Shown here piece after piece: positions 46,980-57,416 of a stretch of 64,000 bases of DNA; the stretch's first letter is position 1; every line of letters begins with the position of its first letter. The translations under genes and the position numbers were made by a program. The DNA lies in NCBI GenBank assembly GCA_046726215.1, contig JBKPAA010000039.1:14619-78618 (forward strand), in the 5' to 3' direction. This stretch comes from Actinomycetota bacterium (GTDB lineage Bacteria > Actinomycetota > Acidimicrobiia > Acidimicrobiales > VFJN01). The notes beneath the pieces were generated by a model. It searched no databases. It saw nothing but the letters and a program-made list of their open reading frames with translations, and was not told the DNA's origin.

Positions 46980-47149
46980 GAACGGCCCCGGAACGATCGT
47001 CCGCCCTTGCCCACCCGAAACCGCCATCCCGCCCCCGGTCGTCCGGCGGAACCCCGACTCAGCCCCTGATCCGCGTACGAACGAACCGAGCCGTCGGCAA
47101 TGCCTGCCAAGGCTCCGCTTCGATTGCTGAGAGAGTGTCTCACGAAATT

Positions 47150-47168
47150 CTCAACAGTTCCTCAACTG
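47150..47168. promoter_or_regulatory. Direct-repeat candidate response-regulator site
   Basis: CTCAACAG (47150-47157) and CTCAACTG (47161-47168) are spaced exactly 11 bp apart, in an AT-richer stretch of the divergent HK/RR promoter region. Confidence 0.3.
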
Positions 47169-47228
47169 ATGCTGGGACCACCCCTGATCCATTGATCGGC
47201 ACCGCGTCCGGGTGCACGGTGCCAAGAG

Positions 47229-48005
47229 ATGGTCGCAGTCACGTCGGACCGCAGAGTGCTTGCGGCGACACGCCGCTCCGCATACCGTCCCGCCGTGGGC
47301 TCCGCAAGCGGGACGGCCCATCCATCGACGGGGCGCATCCTTCTCGTCGAGGATGATCCGGCGGTCTTGGAGGTGACCCGGGACCATCTGGAGCGGGACG
47401 GATTCCGGGTGCTGGCCGCCGCCGATGGCGCGACGGCGCTGGACGTCCTTGCCTCCGAACCCCTCGACCTCGTCGTGCTCGATCTGCGCATCCCGGGCTT
47501 CGAAGGCTTCGATGTCCTGGCCGCGGTCCGCAGGCTGAGCGACGTCCCGGTCGTCGTCGTCACGGGGCGCAGCGACGAACTCGACCGCGTCGTCGGGCTG
47601 GAGATGGGGGCCGACGACTACGTCGTCAAGCCATTCTCGACCCGGGAGCTCAGCGCGCGGGTCCGTTCCGTGCTCCGACGGGCTCGACCGCAGCGCGAGC
47701 ACGACGAGCTGACGTTCGATGGCATGGTGATCGACCCAGCCACTCGCGAGGTCGTGGTGGACGGCAACTTGATCCCGATGACGGGTCGGGAGTTCGACCT
47801 GCTGCATTTCCTGGCGTCGTCGCCACGCCAGGTGTTCAGCCGTGCCCAGTTGCTCCGCCACGTGTGGAGCTCGTCGCCGGACTGGCAGGATGCCGCGACG
47901 GTGACCGAGTACATCCACCGGTTGCGCGGCAAGATCGAAGCCGACCCCCACCAGCCGCGTTGGATCACGACCGTTTGGGGTGTGGGCTACCGCTTCGAGG
48001 GGTAA
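47229..48005 (+). CDS. OmpR/PhoB-family response regulator
   Basis: REC domain (ILLVEDD..DLVVLDLRIPGFEG..VKP) plus a winged helix (REFDLLHFLASSPRQVFSR..VWGVGYRF). Confidence 0.9.
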   Translation: MVAVTSDRRVLAATRRSAYRPAVGSASGTAHPSTGRILLVEDDPAVLEVTRDHLERDGFRVLAAADGATALDVLASEPLDLVVLDLRIPGFEGFDVLAAVRRLSDVPVVVVTGRSDELDRVVGLEMGADDYVVKPFSTRELSARVRSVLRRARPQREHDELTFDGMVIDPATREVVVDGNLIPMTGREFDLLHFLASSPRQVFSRAQLLRHVWSSSPDWQDAATVTEYIHRLRGKIEADPHQPRWITTVWGVGYRFEG

Positions 48006-48190
48006 CGGCGCGGCGCGCCGGCAGCCCGCGAGGCATGAACGCAACCGGGTCAACGCCAAAGGAATCACCTTCAACCAGACCGAGCACCGCGGTTTCACCG
48101 TCTTCATCGCCGACCGACGAGGAAGGCGGTACCTCAGCGTCGGGAGGAGAGCCCGTACATGGAGACTCTGGCTGAATCGGAGGAGGAGAG

Positions 48191-48655
48191 ATGAGGCGAC
48201 TGCTTGCTGGTGTGCTCATGGTATTGGCCGTGACCATGCTGTTTTCGGCTCCCGCGGTGGCGGAGGGTCCCGATATGGTCAGTGGGGGCGGCCGGGGGAC
48301 CGTCGACGGGATGGCTCCCTTCTCGCAGTTCGGGTTCCAGGTGGCTCGCCATTCCGAGGGCTCGGTCACCGGGCATTTCAATTGTCTGATGGCGGGCGCC
48401 TCCCAGTTCCCGGGCTTCGATCTGATGGCGGTGCGAGGCCAAGTCAACAACGTCGCCTTCGCTGGCGACACCGTCACGTTCGAAGGTACGGGGATGTTCC
48501 AGACGGGCAATCAAGGAAAGTCGCCCGCCACGTTTCGAGTCGTTGTCACCGAAGGCGGACCAGGCGAGGGAACACTTCAGCTCACCCTGTTCACACCGTT
48601 CCTGTTCGAGCTCCCGACCGAGCAGGTGCTCAACGGGCGGATCGATGTTCACTGA
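48191..48655 (+). CDS. Secreted hypothetical protein (154 aa)
   Basis: GGAGGAGGAG SD; signal peptide ..APAVA-EG. Shares the motif TFEGTGMFQTGNQGKS with the next gene. Confidence 0.75.
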   Translation: MRRLLAGVLMVLAVTMLFSAPAVAEGPDMVSGGGRGTVDGMAPFSQFGFQVARHSEGSVTGHFNCLMAGASQFPGFDLMAVRGQVNNVAFAGDTVTFEGTGMFQTGNQGKSPATFRVVVTEGGPGEGTLQLTLFTPFLFELPTEQVLNGRIDVH

Positions 48656-48866
48656 TCGGGACGAGCAACCGACGAGTAGGACGCGAGTTCTTTCCCTGGC
48701 GGCTCTTGGGTGCTGATCGCGGTCGCGGTCTCGATCCTCGCCGCAGGCGCAGCCCGCGGCTCCGACAACCACTAGATGCGCTCCCGACCGCAGTCTTCGG
48801 GAGAGGAGGGATGCCTCTAGCACAGCTGCTCAGGGGAGCGCGTGCACCAAAGAAGGGAGTTACGAC

Positions 48867-49478
48867 ATGAAACGCAAGAGGCTCACCTGGCTTGGAGCGG
48901 GAGCAGTACTGGCGGCGACGGCCGCTCTCCTGGTTCCCATGATCGCCGGCAGCGCCGCCGGCGGTGCTGCAAACCACCGGTACAGCTGGGACATCATCGA
49001 TGTCGACTTCGCCGCCGGTAGCGTCGCGGCCGGCGGCATCGCGTCGGCCCGCGCCAACGACAACTCCAAGATCACCCTCACCGGCTCCGGGACCTTCCAC
49101 GCCAACTCCGGCAAGTCCCAGGACGTGAGCGGCGGAGGAACGTGGCAGACGTTCAGCCCCGGAGGCGCTCCCACGGCAAGTGGCACCTACGAGGTCACGG
49201 GGTTTGTCGACTTCGAGCTGGCGCCCGGGACGCCGCCCCTCCCGGTCGACCTCATCGGCAATCTCGCCGACGTCCGTGCCGGTCTGGCGGTGCTACGCAT
49301 CGCCTACTCCGACGGCAGCGACGGCACCCTCGTAGTCAGCTGCCACCTCGTCGGGACCCCGGATTCGGTCTTCGAGGGGATCACCGCCACGAAGGGCTTC
49401 GTCGACTACTGGAACCCGGAGGCGCCACCCGCTCCACCCGGGAACGCGAACCGGACGATTTTCCACGTCATCAAGTAG
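48867..49478 (+). CDS. Secreted hypothetical protein (203 aa), paralogous motif to 48191-48655
   Basis: AAGGGAG SD; signal peptide. Motif TLTGSGTFHANSGKS aligns with TFEGTGMFQTGNQGKS. Confidence 0.75.
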   Translation: MKRKRLTWLGAGAVLAATAALLVPMIAGSAAGGAANHRYSWDIIDVDFAAGSVAAGGIASARANDNSKITLTGSGTFHANSGKSQDVSGGGTWQTFSPGGAPTASGTYEVTGFVDFELAPGTPPLPVDLIGNLADVRAGLAVLRIAYSDGSDGTLVVSCHLVGTPDSVFEGITATKGFVDYWNPEAPPAPPGNANRTIFHVIK

Positions 49479-49553
49479 CGGCGCCTGAGGAAGGCCGGGC
49501 AGCCCGGGCCGCCCAGCGATGGATGGCCCCGGGTCCCGCGCCCCCAGCCGTCC

Positions 49554-50529
49554 TTGTCTTGGGAGTGGGACGTCTTCGCCGACGGAGACACTTGGCCCGG
49601 GATGAGGACGGCGGCGCTTCTGACGGCGCTGGGTGACGGGCGAATAGCCACCGCGGCCGGATTGTTTGACCGCGGGGTGACGGTTTCGGTCGGCCGAGCG
49701 CTCAACACGAAGGGGGGCATAGACAACCCCGAGCCGCCCATCACGAGATGATCATGCTGACCGACGTCGACATCGGATCCGGAAGCGTGCGCTTCGCCAA
49801 GGACTACGTCGGCGTCGGCTACCACAACGAGGGGCACAGCCACATCGACGCCTGCTGTCATGTCGTGTACGACGGCATGCTCTATGGAGGAGTCCCCGAT
49901 GCAGAGGTCACCTCCCGAGGGGCGGTGGCCGGCGCGATCGACCTGCTGCGCGATGGCCTGGTCGGTCGCGGGGTGCTCCTCGACATACCCGGCGTCCGAG
50001 GCGTCCGCTGGCTCGACCCTGGCGAGCACGTGTTCGCCGACGGCCTCGACGCAGCAGAGAGGGCGCAGGGCGTCAGCGTCGAGGCCGGCGACGTCCTCCT
50101 CGTCCGCACCGGACACGCGCACGGTCTCACCGAGCTTGCGCCGTGGGACACGAGCAAGCGCAAGGCCGGCCTGCACCCGAGCGCGGCCCGATTCCTCACT
50201 GGCCGACGCGTCGCCGCGCTCGGATCCGATGGAAACAACGACACGGCCCCGAGCACCACCGAAGGGGTTGCGTACCCGATCCACGTCCTTGCGCTCAACG
50301 CCATGGGATCCACCTGCTCGACTACTTGCAGTTCGAGAACCTCGTCCTGTGGTGCGAGGCGGCCGAGCGGTGGGAGTTCCTCGTCGTCGCCTCCCCGCTG
50401 CGAATCGAGGGCGGGACCGGTTCGCCGGTCAACGCGATCGCGATCCTCTGCCACATGTTCATCGGCCGCGACGTTCGAGCCGTCGCGGGCCACGTGGAGG
50501 CAGAAAGACCGGCTCACACGTCCGGATAG
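49554..50529 (+). pseudogene. Putative-cyclase-family (kynurenine-formamidase-like) gene with two frameshifts
   Basis: Protein-like sequence runs through three frames. Frame 0 reads to about 49735 (..KGGIDNPEP), frame 2 reads (AAHHEMIMLTD..HSHIDACCH..PIHVLALNAMG) to about 50305, and frame 1 reads (IHLLDYLQFENL..GGTGSPVNAIAIL..). Both shifts occur at short G/C runs. Confidence 0.6.
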
Positions 50530-50768
50530 ACGAGCACGGGGATCATGCCTCGCGGGGCGTGACCCGGTCGCGGAGCCTTCCGGCGGAGTAGGGCGCCTCA
50601 CCCGCGGCGCGTGCCCTCAAACCCTTCACCGGTTCGCATCCGATTCGGATCTTGACGCCGAATGCATGTGGGATGGTGGCAGGCAATGCGACCTGCGGAA
50701 CCACCATCGCCGTAACGAAGCCCCAGAGCGGCCCGGCAGCGCGTCCGGGTGGAAGCCAGGGAGAGACC

Positions 50769-52160
50769 ATGGCGGCTGACTTCGCATGTGACCCTGCGAA
50801 CGACATGACCCGTAGGCGATTCCTGGGGAGAGCCGGCGTCGCTGCGGGGGGAACGGCATCGCTGGCGATGCTGGGTCCGGCTCCTGTCGGTCGGGCGTTG
50901 ATCGCCGGAGGCCAATGGCGCGACCGTCCGGAGGAGTTCAACGCCGCCGTGCCCAGGGCGTGGTTCGACCTGTCCCGGACCTTGGTGAGGACGACCCCCG
51001 GGTTCACTCCGCCGGTGGCATCGCGTGCCTTCGCGTACATCGGAGTGACGCTCTACGAGGCGGTCGTGCCCGGATCCCGCCGGCACCGGTCCCTCCGGCG
51101 GGTGCTGCCTGGTCTGCACGTCAGGCAGAGCGCTGGTCATGACCTGCACTGGCCGACGGTGGCGAACTCGGCCCTCGCCTCGATGATGCGGCTGCTGTTC
51201 CCGACCACCAGCGATGGCAACAAGGCTGCCATCGACGCGCTCGAGGCGTCCTTCGCCGACCGATCTCGGCGCCGGGTGAAGCGATCGACCCTGAGCCGTT
51301 CGGTCGACCGCGGTCGATCGGTGGCCCTGACCGTCTTCGAGTGGTCGAGCACCGATGGTGGCCACGACGGCTACCTGCGCAACTTCCCTGCCGACTACGT
51401 GCCCCCGGTCGCGCCCGGGTTGTGGGTGCCGACACCGCCGGCGTTCCAGCCCGCCCTCCAACCGTTCTGGGGCAAGAACCGGTGCTTCGCCATCCCCTCG
51501 GGCGCAGCCTGCCCGCCCGCGCCTCCCACGGCCTACTCCGAGGACCCCTCGTCCCGCTTCTTCGCCGAGGCACGCGAGGTCTACGACGCGGTGAACAATC
51601 GCACGCCGGACCAGGAAGCCATCGCCCTGTTCTGGTCGGATGACCCGGGCGTGACCGCCACGCCGCCGGGCCACTCGGTGTCGATCGCGACCCAGGTCCT
51701 CCGGCTGGAGCGGGCGTCGCTCATGGAAGCCGCCGAGACGTACGCCAAGGTCGGATTGGCGGTCGCCGATGCCTTCATCGCCTGCTGGTACGCCAAGTAC
51801 CGGTACAACCTGGTGCGCCCCGTCACCTACATCCAATCGCTCATCGACAGCGACTGGCTGCCGCTGCTCACCACGCCCCCGTTCCCGGAGCACACGTCCG
51901 GACACTCCGTCCAGTCCGGTGCGGCGTTCCAGGTGCTCGCCGACCTGTTCGGTGACCGGTACTCCTTCGACGACCACACCCACGATGAGCGTGGCCTTGC
52001 CCCTCACCACTTCGACGCCTTCAGCCAATGTGCCGACGAGGCCGCCATCTCCCGCCTTTACGGGGGGATCCACTTCCGACCGGCGATCGACGCCGGGTTG
52101 GCACAGGGGCGCTGCATCGGCCGAACCGTCAGCTCACTCCCGTTCCGCCGCCGTCGTTGA
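50769..52160 (+). CDS. TAT-secreted PAP2-superfamily / vanadium-haloperoxidase-like enzyme
   Basis: Twin-arginine signal MTRRRFLGRAGVAAG. PAP2 motifs KYRYNLVRP, PEHTSGHS and SRLYGGIHFRPAID. Confidence 0.85.
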   Translation: MAADFACDPANDMTRRRFLGRAGVAAGGTASLAMLGPAPVGRALIAGGQWRDRPEEFNAAVPRAWFDLSRTLVRTTPGFTPPVASRAFAYIGVTLYEAVVPGSRRHRSLRRVLPGLHVRQSAGHDLHWPTVANSALASMMRLLFPTTSDGNKAAIDALEASFADRSRRRVKRSTLSRSVDRGRSVALTVFEWSSTDGGHDGYLRNFPADYVPPVAPGLWVPTPPAFQPALQPFWGKNRCFAIPSGAACPPAPPTAYSEDPSSRFFAEAREVYDAVNNRTPDQEAIALFWSDDPGVTATPPGHSVSIATQVLRLERASLMEAAETYAKVGLAVADAFIACWYAKYRYNLVRPVTYIQSLIDSDWLPLLTTPPFPEHTSGHSVQSGAAFQVLADLFGDRYSFDDHTHDERGLAPHHFDAFSQCADEAAISRLYGGIHFRPAIDAGLAQGRCIGRTVSSLPFRRRR

Positions 52161-52199
52161 GGGCCTCCCGTCGCGGTCCAGTAGGAGCTCGGCCACGGC

Positions 52200-53095
52200 G
52201 ATCAGCTCCTCGTGAGCCTCGAAGCCGAACCCGATACGGAACAGCCGTCGAGCATCTCCTCCACGCTCAGTGGCCGTGCTGTAGATGCCGGCGGGCAGCG
52301 GCCCACGACCCAGCCACCGCGCCCCAGACCCCAGAGCGCGGTCAGCAACCCGTAGCCCACCGTTCCAGCATTGAAGTGGTCGGCCAGCGGCAAGTCGGCC
52401 ACAAGGGTCAGCCCGAAGGCGGCGAAGCTCACAGTGGTGACGGCCACCAGCCGTCGCAGCGACCGGTCGTGGGCGACGACGCGGGGGCCCACCACGATGC
52501 CAGTCACCCGCAGGTGCATTCCACGACGGCCCGGCCGCTCCGCCGGGAGCCGGCTGAGCAACGCCGCCGACGCCAGATACGAACCTGCATTGACCAATGA
52601 ACACTGCGTCAATGCCGGAGGCGGCGACCGGTGTGCCCCCGACGAGCGGCCCGACGACCAAGGCGGCGTTGAACGACCCCGCGACGATGCCGTTCGCCTA
52701 CGTCAGATCGTTGTCGTCGACGAGGCTGGGAATCGTCGCTGCGGACGCCGCCCGGAACGGTGGCCTCGCTGCCGCAGTCGCCAAGGCCTGCGCCACCAAC
52801 AGCCACGGCGCATCGACCGCGAGCACGCCGACCCATATCACGCCGGCGGCCAGCTCGCTCGTGATCATCAAGCGACGTCGGTCGAACCGGTCGCCGATCC
52901 ATCCCGAGACTGGACCCAGAAGACCCGTGACGGCCACCAACGCAGTGCGGCGGACACCCAGGCGGAAGAGCCGGTGCCCTGATAAATCGTGTAGATGAGC
53001 GCCACCTGCGCAGCCTGCGGCCCCGCCACCGACACAAGACGAGCACCGGCGAGCAAACCGACCGCCCGCCGTCCAGGGTCGGGCGCGTGCCGCAT
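52200..53095 (-). pseudogene. MFS transporter disrupted by several frameshifts
   Basis: MFS-like segments lie in at least three minus-strand frames: ..LLAGARLVSVAGPQAAQVALIYTIY.. / ..GPVSGWIGDRFDRRRLMITSELAAGVIWVG.. / ..VNAGSYLASAALLSRLP.. Confidence 0.6.
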
Positions 53096-53750
53096 GCTGA
53101 CCTCGGTCACGCGGCAAGGATTGCCTTCGCGTGCCCAAGGGCCCGCCCGGTGGGGCACATCAAGGCGGCAGAACGGAACACACTCGCACAGAACTGGCGA
53201 CGAGATCTCCGCCGGCCGCTCGCGGAACCGCGGCCCGTGCCGACGGCTGCCTGACGCTCGTCATGCCCCGTACTGACGGCAACCGATATGGGGCCGGAAG
53301 TGACTCATCGAAGGCCGTCGAACGGCAGGGGCGTCGGTCGAGCGGAGCGTGGCTTCGGCGTGCCCTGTGGGCACTTGCTCGCTTGAGCCGAGCCGGTCCC
53401 AGAAGAGGATTCAATCGGGGCGCACATGCAACGGTGCGGTCGGCCAGCCGAGCCGTCCCCGAGGCTCTGACGCGGACGGCCCCGCAGCGGCAGGTAGGAG
53501 CGCAGATTCGGTGTGATCTGGAGGGGGCCCGCCGCAATGGGGTGCGCGGCAATCGCGCCTGCCAGCGGGATCAAGCGACGGCCGATCATCAGACGCCGGT
53601 TGTGACGTACCGCCAAATACCGGATCGGGGCTGAGTGCTGTCAGCCTCGGATCACACCAGCGTCAGCGGTAGCGCCCAACGCTGGCGGGTTGCCGATCTT
53701 GCTCACGATGGACTCGGCAAGTCCGCAGAACCCCGCATCATTTCGGCTGT

Positions 53751-54030
53751 CAGGTGCAAGAGCAGGTGCAATGGTCCAGCGAAACCCACGGACTCGGTGG
53801 CACTCCGTGGACGACGTCGCTGGCGACAGCCAGCTCAGTGGACTGCAGGGGACCGCCTGGACGATCGGCCACGGTCTCCTAAGCGGTAGGCCGCAGGTTC
53901 GAGTCCTGCCGGGGGCACCGCGAAGGTGCTGATAGGTGGTGTGAAGCGCGCCGAGGCGACAGACTCAGGTGCAAGTGCAGGTGAAATGCCTGGTGGTCGG
54001 TACGCCTCGTCGCCTCGTCGGTACGCCTCG
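53751..54030 (+). repeat. att-like module C (left arm + tRNA-Arg 3' half + right arm)
   Basis: Left arm caggtgcaagagcaggtgcaat ... gacagccagctcagtgga..cctggacgatcgg. Core 53876-53919. Right arm caggtgcaagtgcaggtgaaat plus two tcggtacgcctcg repeats. Confidence 0.75.
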
Positions 54031-54194
54031 CTGGTCGGTCATGCGCTCGCGTGCACTCGCTGACGGTTGCTGGGTGGGTGATGCTGCAGGCCTCCTTCCC
54101 GGTCTATGTCCCTAGGCCACGTTCTCGCCGAGACATCGCGAGATTTCGGGGGCCGGTCGCGGTGACGACGGCGGGCTGCCTGTGCTGGGGTGGG

Positions 54195-56645
54195 TCAGAA
54201 TGGCTCGTTCCCGGCGCGGTCATTGGGGGCCTGGCTGGGGGCGGGCCCGTGGCGGTGCGAGGGCCGGGGCGGCCGGGGCAGGGTGAAGCCAAGGGTGGCG
54301 TAGGCCCGGCGGCGCTCGTTGTGCATGCGAGCGAGCACCGGGACACGGGTGTCGACGTAGTCGTGGACCTCGACGCGTGTCTTGGTGTCGGTCGGGCGGA
54401 GGACGCGGCCGACGTACTGGATGACGCTGCCTTTGAACTTGATGGGGAAGGCGAGGAACAGGGTGTCGAGGGGTGGGCAGTCGAAGCCTTCGCCGAGCAG
54501 GCTGGCGGTGGCGGCGAGTACGAGGCCTTCGTCGGGTGAGGGGTCGGCGAGGCGGTCGATGACCACCGTGCGAGCCTTCTTGCCCATGTCGCCGTGTAAG
54601 ACAAGGGGATCGATGCCCAGGGTGGTCAGGTCCTGGGCGATGGCGTCAAGGTGTTCCTTCCAGCGGGTGAGCACGATGCAGTTGCGACGGGCGTGGGCGG
54701 CGGCAGCGATGTCTTGACAGATCGCCGTGGTGCGTTGTCGGTCCTCGACAAGGCCGCGGAAGACCGCCTGGATGTGCTGGCCGTCATCGGTGTCTTCGTG
54801 GTCGGTCTCGTGGACCACGAGGTCGAGGGCTCGCAGCGCGCTTCCGGACGGGGTGGTCATGGTGTGGCGCACCGGTCCGCAGTGCATCGCCATCAGCGCC
54901 TGGAGTCCGTCCCGCCGGTACGGCGTCGCGGTCAGTCCCGCCCACCGACGGACCGGGATCTGGCGTACCGCGCGCTCGAAGGTGACGGCGGGGACGTGGT
55001 GACATTCGTCGACGATGACCAACCCATAGCGCCCGGCCAGCTCGGCGATGTCGTCACGGCGGGCGACGCTTTGCACCATTGCCACATCGACGATGCCCGT
55101 GGCGCGGCGGCGGCCACCGCCGAGCTGGCCGATCTGTCGGGCGCTGAGATCTAGGTGGGTGGTGAGCCGGTCGCGCCATTGTTCGACGAGTGGCTTGCGG
55201 TCGACGATCACGAGGGTCGGTACCTTGTGGCGGGCGATGAGAGCGCAGCCGATCACGGTCTTGCCCGACCCGGGCGGCGCTACGAGCATTCCCATGTCGT
55301 GGGCGGCTATGGCGTCGGTGGCAGCGGTCTGGTCGGGCGTCAAGTCGGCCTGCAGCTGGACGTCAAGGGTGGCCACCTCGGGGCAGCCGTCGACGACCTT
55401 GAGGCGGCTCCCTGCCTCGTCGACCAGAGTTTCGGCTTGTTGGCGCAGCCCTCGGGGGAGCAGCAACTGGTCGAGTGTCTCCTGGTAGCAGCGGATGAAC
55501 CGTGGTGTGTTCCACGTCGAGAAGCGCAGCCTCTCCTTCTCGTGGAACTCGGGGTTGTGCAGCGAAGCCAGGTGCTTGAGCGCCGCGAGCAGCGCGGGCG
55601 GGATCCCGATCCGGTCGACACTCAACATCGCGCCAGCGAGGGCAACGATCTGCGCCGGGGGCCTCGCGGTCGGCTGGTCGCGGGCGGGCCGCCGGTAGGT
55701 GGAGGCGTCAGGCCCGGTCGCCAGATCCCCCAACGCCTTGGCGAGCGCATTCGCAGATTCGGTGCTGAGACGCTCGAGCTGGGCGAGGAACGTCCACTGG
55801 TCCTCGACGGGTTCGAGGCTGGTCGGGTCGAGGAACACGGTGGTGCCGCGCTGGCGACAGTCCCGCTGCAGTGGCAACGCAATGAGGTTGCCGAACGAGC
55901 CCTTAGGCATGAAGTCCTGGGCGGGGAACAGACGGTCATAGCTGCCCAGGTCGAGCTCGGCTCGGACCGTCATCGCTTCCCGTAACATGCCGACACCGAT
56001 CCGCCTCGCTGAGGCGGCCGGGACAGGTGCGGCAAAGAACATCCACACATGCCCGCCGTCACCCGACCGCGAGCGCTCCAGCGCGGCATCGATGCCGGCG
56101 GACCGGGCGGCATCCAGGTAGGCCAACGCGTCGAGGACCCATCCAGGCCCGTCGAAGTCACACGCCAACAGCCGGCAGGCATCGCCCCGCATGAGTGGGT
56201 AGAGGCCCGCGTGGATCTCACCCGCCAGATGTCGCGCGACGACGTCGTCAGTGAGGGGCAGGTGCTCGCGGTCGGGGCGGCGGGCGTTGCGCCACCCACC
56301 CCGCACGGCCGGACTCCATCCCGCCTTGCCGGTTCGCTCGTTCTCCCACCGCAATGCATGCACATCGTCGCGCCCTGCGAACAACGATCGGAACAGCGCG
56401 AGCTTCGCCTCGCGCGGCGAGCTGCGGTCGATCTCGGCCCACTTGGACATCGGCTCTGCCCGATCGGGAAACAGCGACGGCGACCAGGCCGCGGTGGGTC
56501 CCTCACCGATGCGAGTTGGGTCTTCGAGTCCCAACAGCCGACGCAGTCGGGCATTCTCGGCGCGAAGCTGCGCCAGCTCGGCGTGCAGCGCTGTTGCCTC
56601 GGCGATTGCGGCATCCGCCTCAACAGCCCTACGCGCAGCGGTCAC
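54195..56645 (-). CDS. Archaeo-eukaryotic primase (AEP)-like domain fused to an SF2 (DEAD/DEAH-type) helicase
   Basis: N-terminal coiled coil. AEP motifs LLACDFDG (DxD), SRSGDGGHVWMFF (sGxGxH), YDRLFPAQD..GSFGNLIALPLQ. Helicase motif I APPGSGKT, II VIVDECHH, III GLTATP, VI QYVGRVLR. The GTG start overlaps the upstream stop. Confidence 0.9.
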   Translation of the reverse strand: MTAARRAVEADAAIAEATALHAELAQLRAENARLRRLLGLEDPTRIGEGPTAAWSPSLFPDRAEPMSKWAEIDRSSPREAKLALFRSLFAGRDDVHALRWENERTGKAGWSPAVRGGWRNARRPDREHLPLTDDVVARHLAGEIHAGLYPLMRGDACRLLACDFDGPGWVLDALAYLDAARSAGIDAALERSRSGDGGHVWMFFAAPVPAASARRIGVGMLREAMTVRAELDLGSYDRLFPAQDFMPKGSFGNLIALPLQRDCRQRGTTVFLDPTSLEPVEDQWTFLAQLERLSTESANALAKALGDLATGPDASTYRRPARDQPTARPPAQIVALAGAMLSVDRIGIPPALLAALKHLASLHNPEFHEKERLRFSTWNTPRFIRCYQETLDQLLLPRGLRQQAETLVDEAGSRLKVVDGCPEVATLDVQLQADLTPDQTAATDAIAAHDMGMLVAPPGSGKTVIGCALIARHKVPTLVIVDRKPLVEQWRDRLTTHLDLSARQIGQLGGGRRRATGIVDVAMVQSVARRDDIAELAGRYGLVIVDECHHVPAVTFERAVRQIPVRRWAGLTATPYRRDGLQALMAMHCGPVRHTMTTPSGSALRALDLVVHETDHEDTDDGQHIQAVFRGLVEDRQRTTAICQDIAAAAHARRNCIVLTRWKEHLDAIAQDLTTLGIDPLVLHGDMGKKARTVVIDRLADPSPDEGLVLAATASLLGEGFDCPPLDTLFLAFPIKFKGSVIQYVGRVLRPTDTKTRVEVHDYVDTRVPVLARMHNERRRAYATLGFTLPRPPRPSHRHGPAPSQAPNDRAGNEPF

Positions 56646-56935
56646 GGCGGCCCAACGATCTCGAAGGCCGGGTGACCTCCCATCGCCCCCATGGTGGCCG
56701 AGTCGAGGTGCCGCGTCGAAGCATGCCCGGACGCCAGGCCGTCCGGCGCGTCACCAGATCCGAAGGCAAGTAGGTGGCCACCGAGCTCCGCGCCCGCCAA
56801 GTCGTCATGGCTGACGATGACTACAACCAGCTCGCTGATCGCACGATCGCCGAGGGAGTGAACCGTCACGCCTCGAACCGCCGTGTTCCCCGCCCTGACA
56901 TGCCGCAATACGTCGGTCTCGGTTCGGCCGATCAA
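56642..56935 (-). CDS. Hypothetical protein (97 aa) translationally coupled to the AEP-helicase
   Basis: TTG start. Third-position GC is clearly higher than in the competing plus-strand ORF 56774-57079. Its stop overlaps the helicase GTG (GTGA). No recognisable motif. Confidence 0.4.
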   Translation of the reverse strand: MIGRTETDVLRHVRAGNTAVRGVTVHSLGDRAISELVVVIVSHDDLAGAELGGHLLAFGSGDAPDGLASGHASTRHLDSATMGAMGGHPAFEIVGPP

Positions 56936-57006
56936 GTCTCCGCGAAGGACGTCATCGACGAGCGCGGCAGACGCGCCTCGAGACGGCTCCTGCGTGGAGC
57001 TCCACT

Positions 57007-57192
57007 CTACCTGGCTCTGGCTCGATACTCCTCAAGGGCGTCCGCAGGAATGTGGGCGATGCCGTTGACCATCACGTAGCGGAGCTCGTGCTGGTAGATG
57101 AGTCGGATGATCTCGCGCGTAGAGACGCCTAGGCGCCGAGCCGCCTCGGACGCCCGCAGCGGCTCAGTGGTTGTCTGGTCCCGGCCAGTCAT
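57007..57192 (-). CDS. Excisionase/MerR-like helix-turn-helix DNA-binding protein (61 aa)
   Basis: LRASEAARRLGVSTREIIRLIYQHELRYVMVNGIAHIPADALEEY fits the Xis-type HTH_17 pattern. Confidence 0.7.
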   Translation of the reverse strand: MTGRDQTTTEPLRASEAARRLGVSTREIIRLIYQHELRYVMVNGIAHIPADALEEYRARAR

Positions 57193-57370
57193 CGAATCCA
57201 AGCTTATGGCTCAGGATGCGGATCTGATGTTCGACAGTGACGACGAGGCTGAGTTGGTTGGCGGTGATGAGCGCGTCACGGGCGTCGTCGAGGTCGGCGA
57301 GCAGCGCGAGTGCCTCGTCGAGTTCGTACCAGACTTGACGAGGCGGCTCTCGCCGGGCCGGATCGCTCAT
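57164..57370 (-). CDS. Small hypothetical protein (68 aa)
   Basis: ATG 57370 is the first gene inward from att-like module D. Helical, acidic sequence (YELDEALALLADLDDARDALITANQL). Confidence 0.5.
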   Translation of the reverse strand: MSDPARREPPRQVWYELDEALALLADLDDARDALITANQLSLVVTVEHQIRILSHKLGFDDWPGPDNH

Positions 57371-57416
57371 CAGGTGGAACCTAGTCACGGTCGCGGCCGT
57401 CAACCTGCGGTCGGGC

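Noticed and set aside
53100-53750. About 650 bp with several 100-170-aa ORFs on both strands between the MFS pseudogene and att-like module C
   Set aside because: None of the translations shows a recognisable motif or a convincing codon bias. The region is treated as degraded or non-coding island DNA.
56774-57079. Plus-strand 101-aa ORF overlapping the 97-aa minus-strand ORF
   Set aside because: Its codon position 1 coincides with position 3 of the minus-strand ORF, which carries the GC3 bias. The minus-strand ORF is also GTGA-coupled to the helicase gene.
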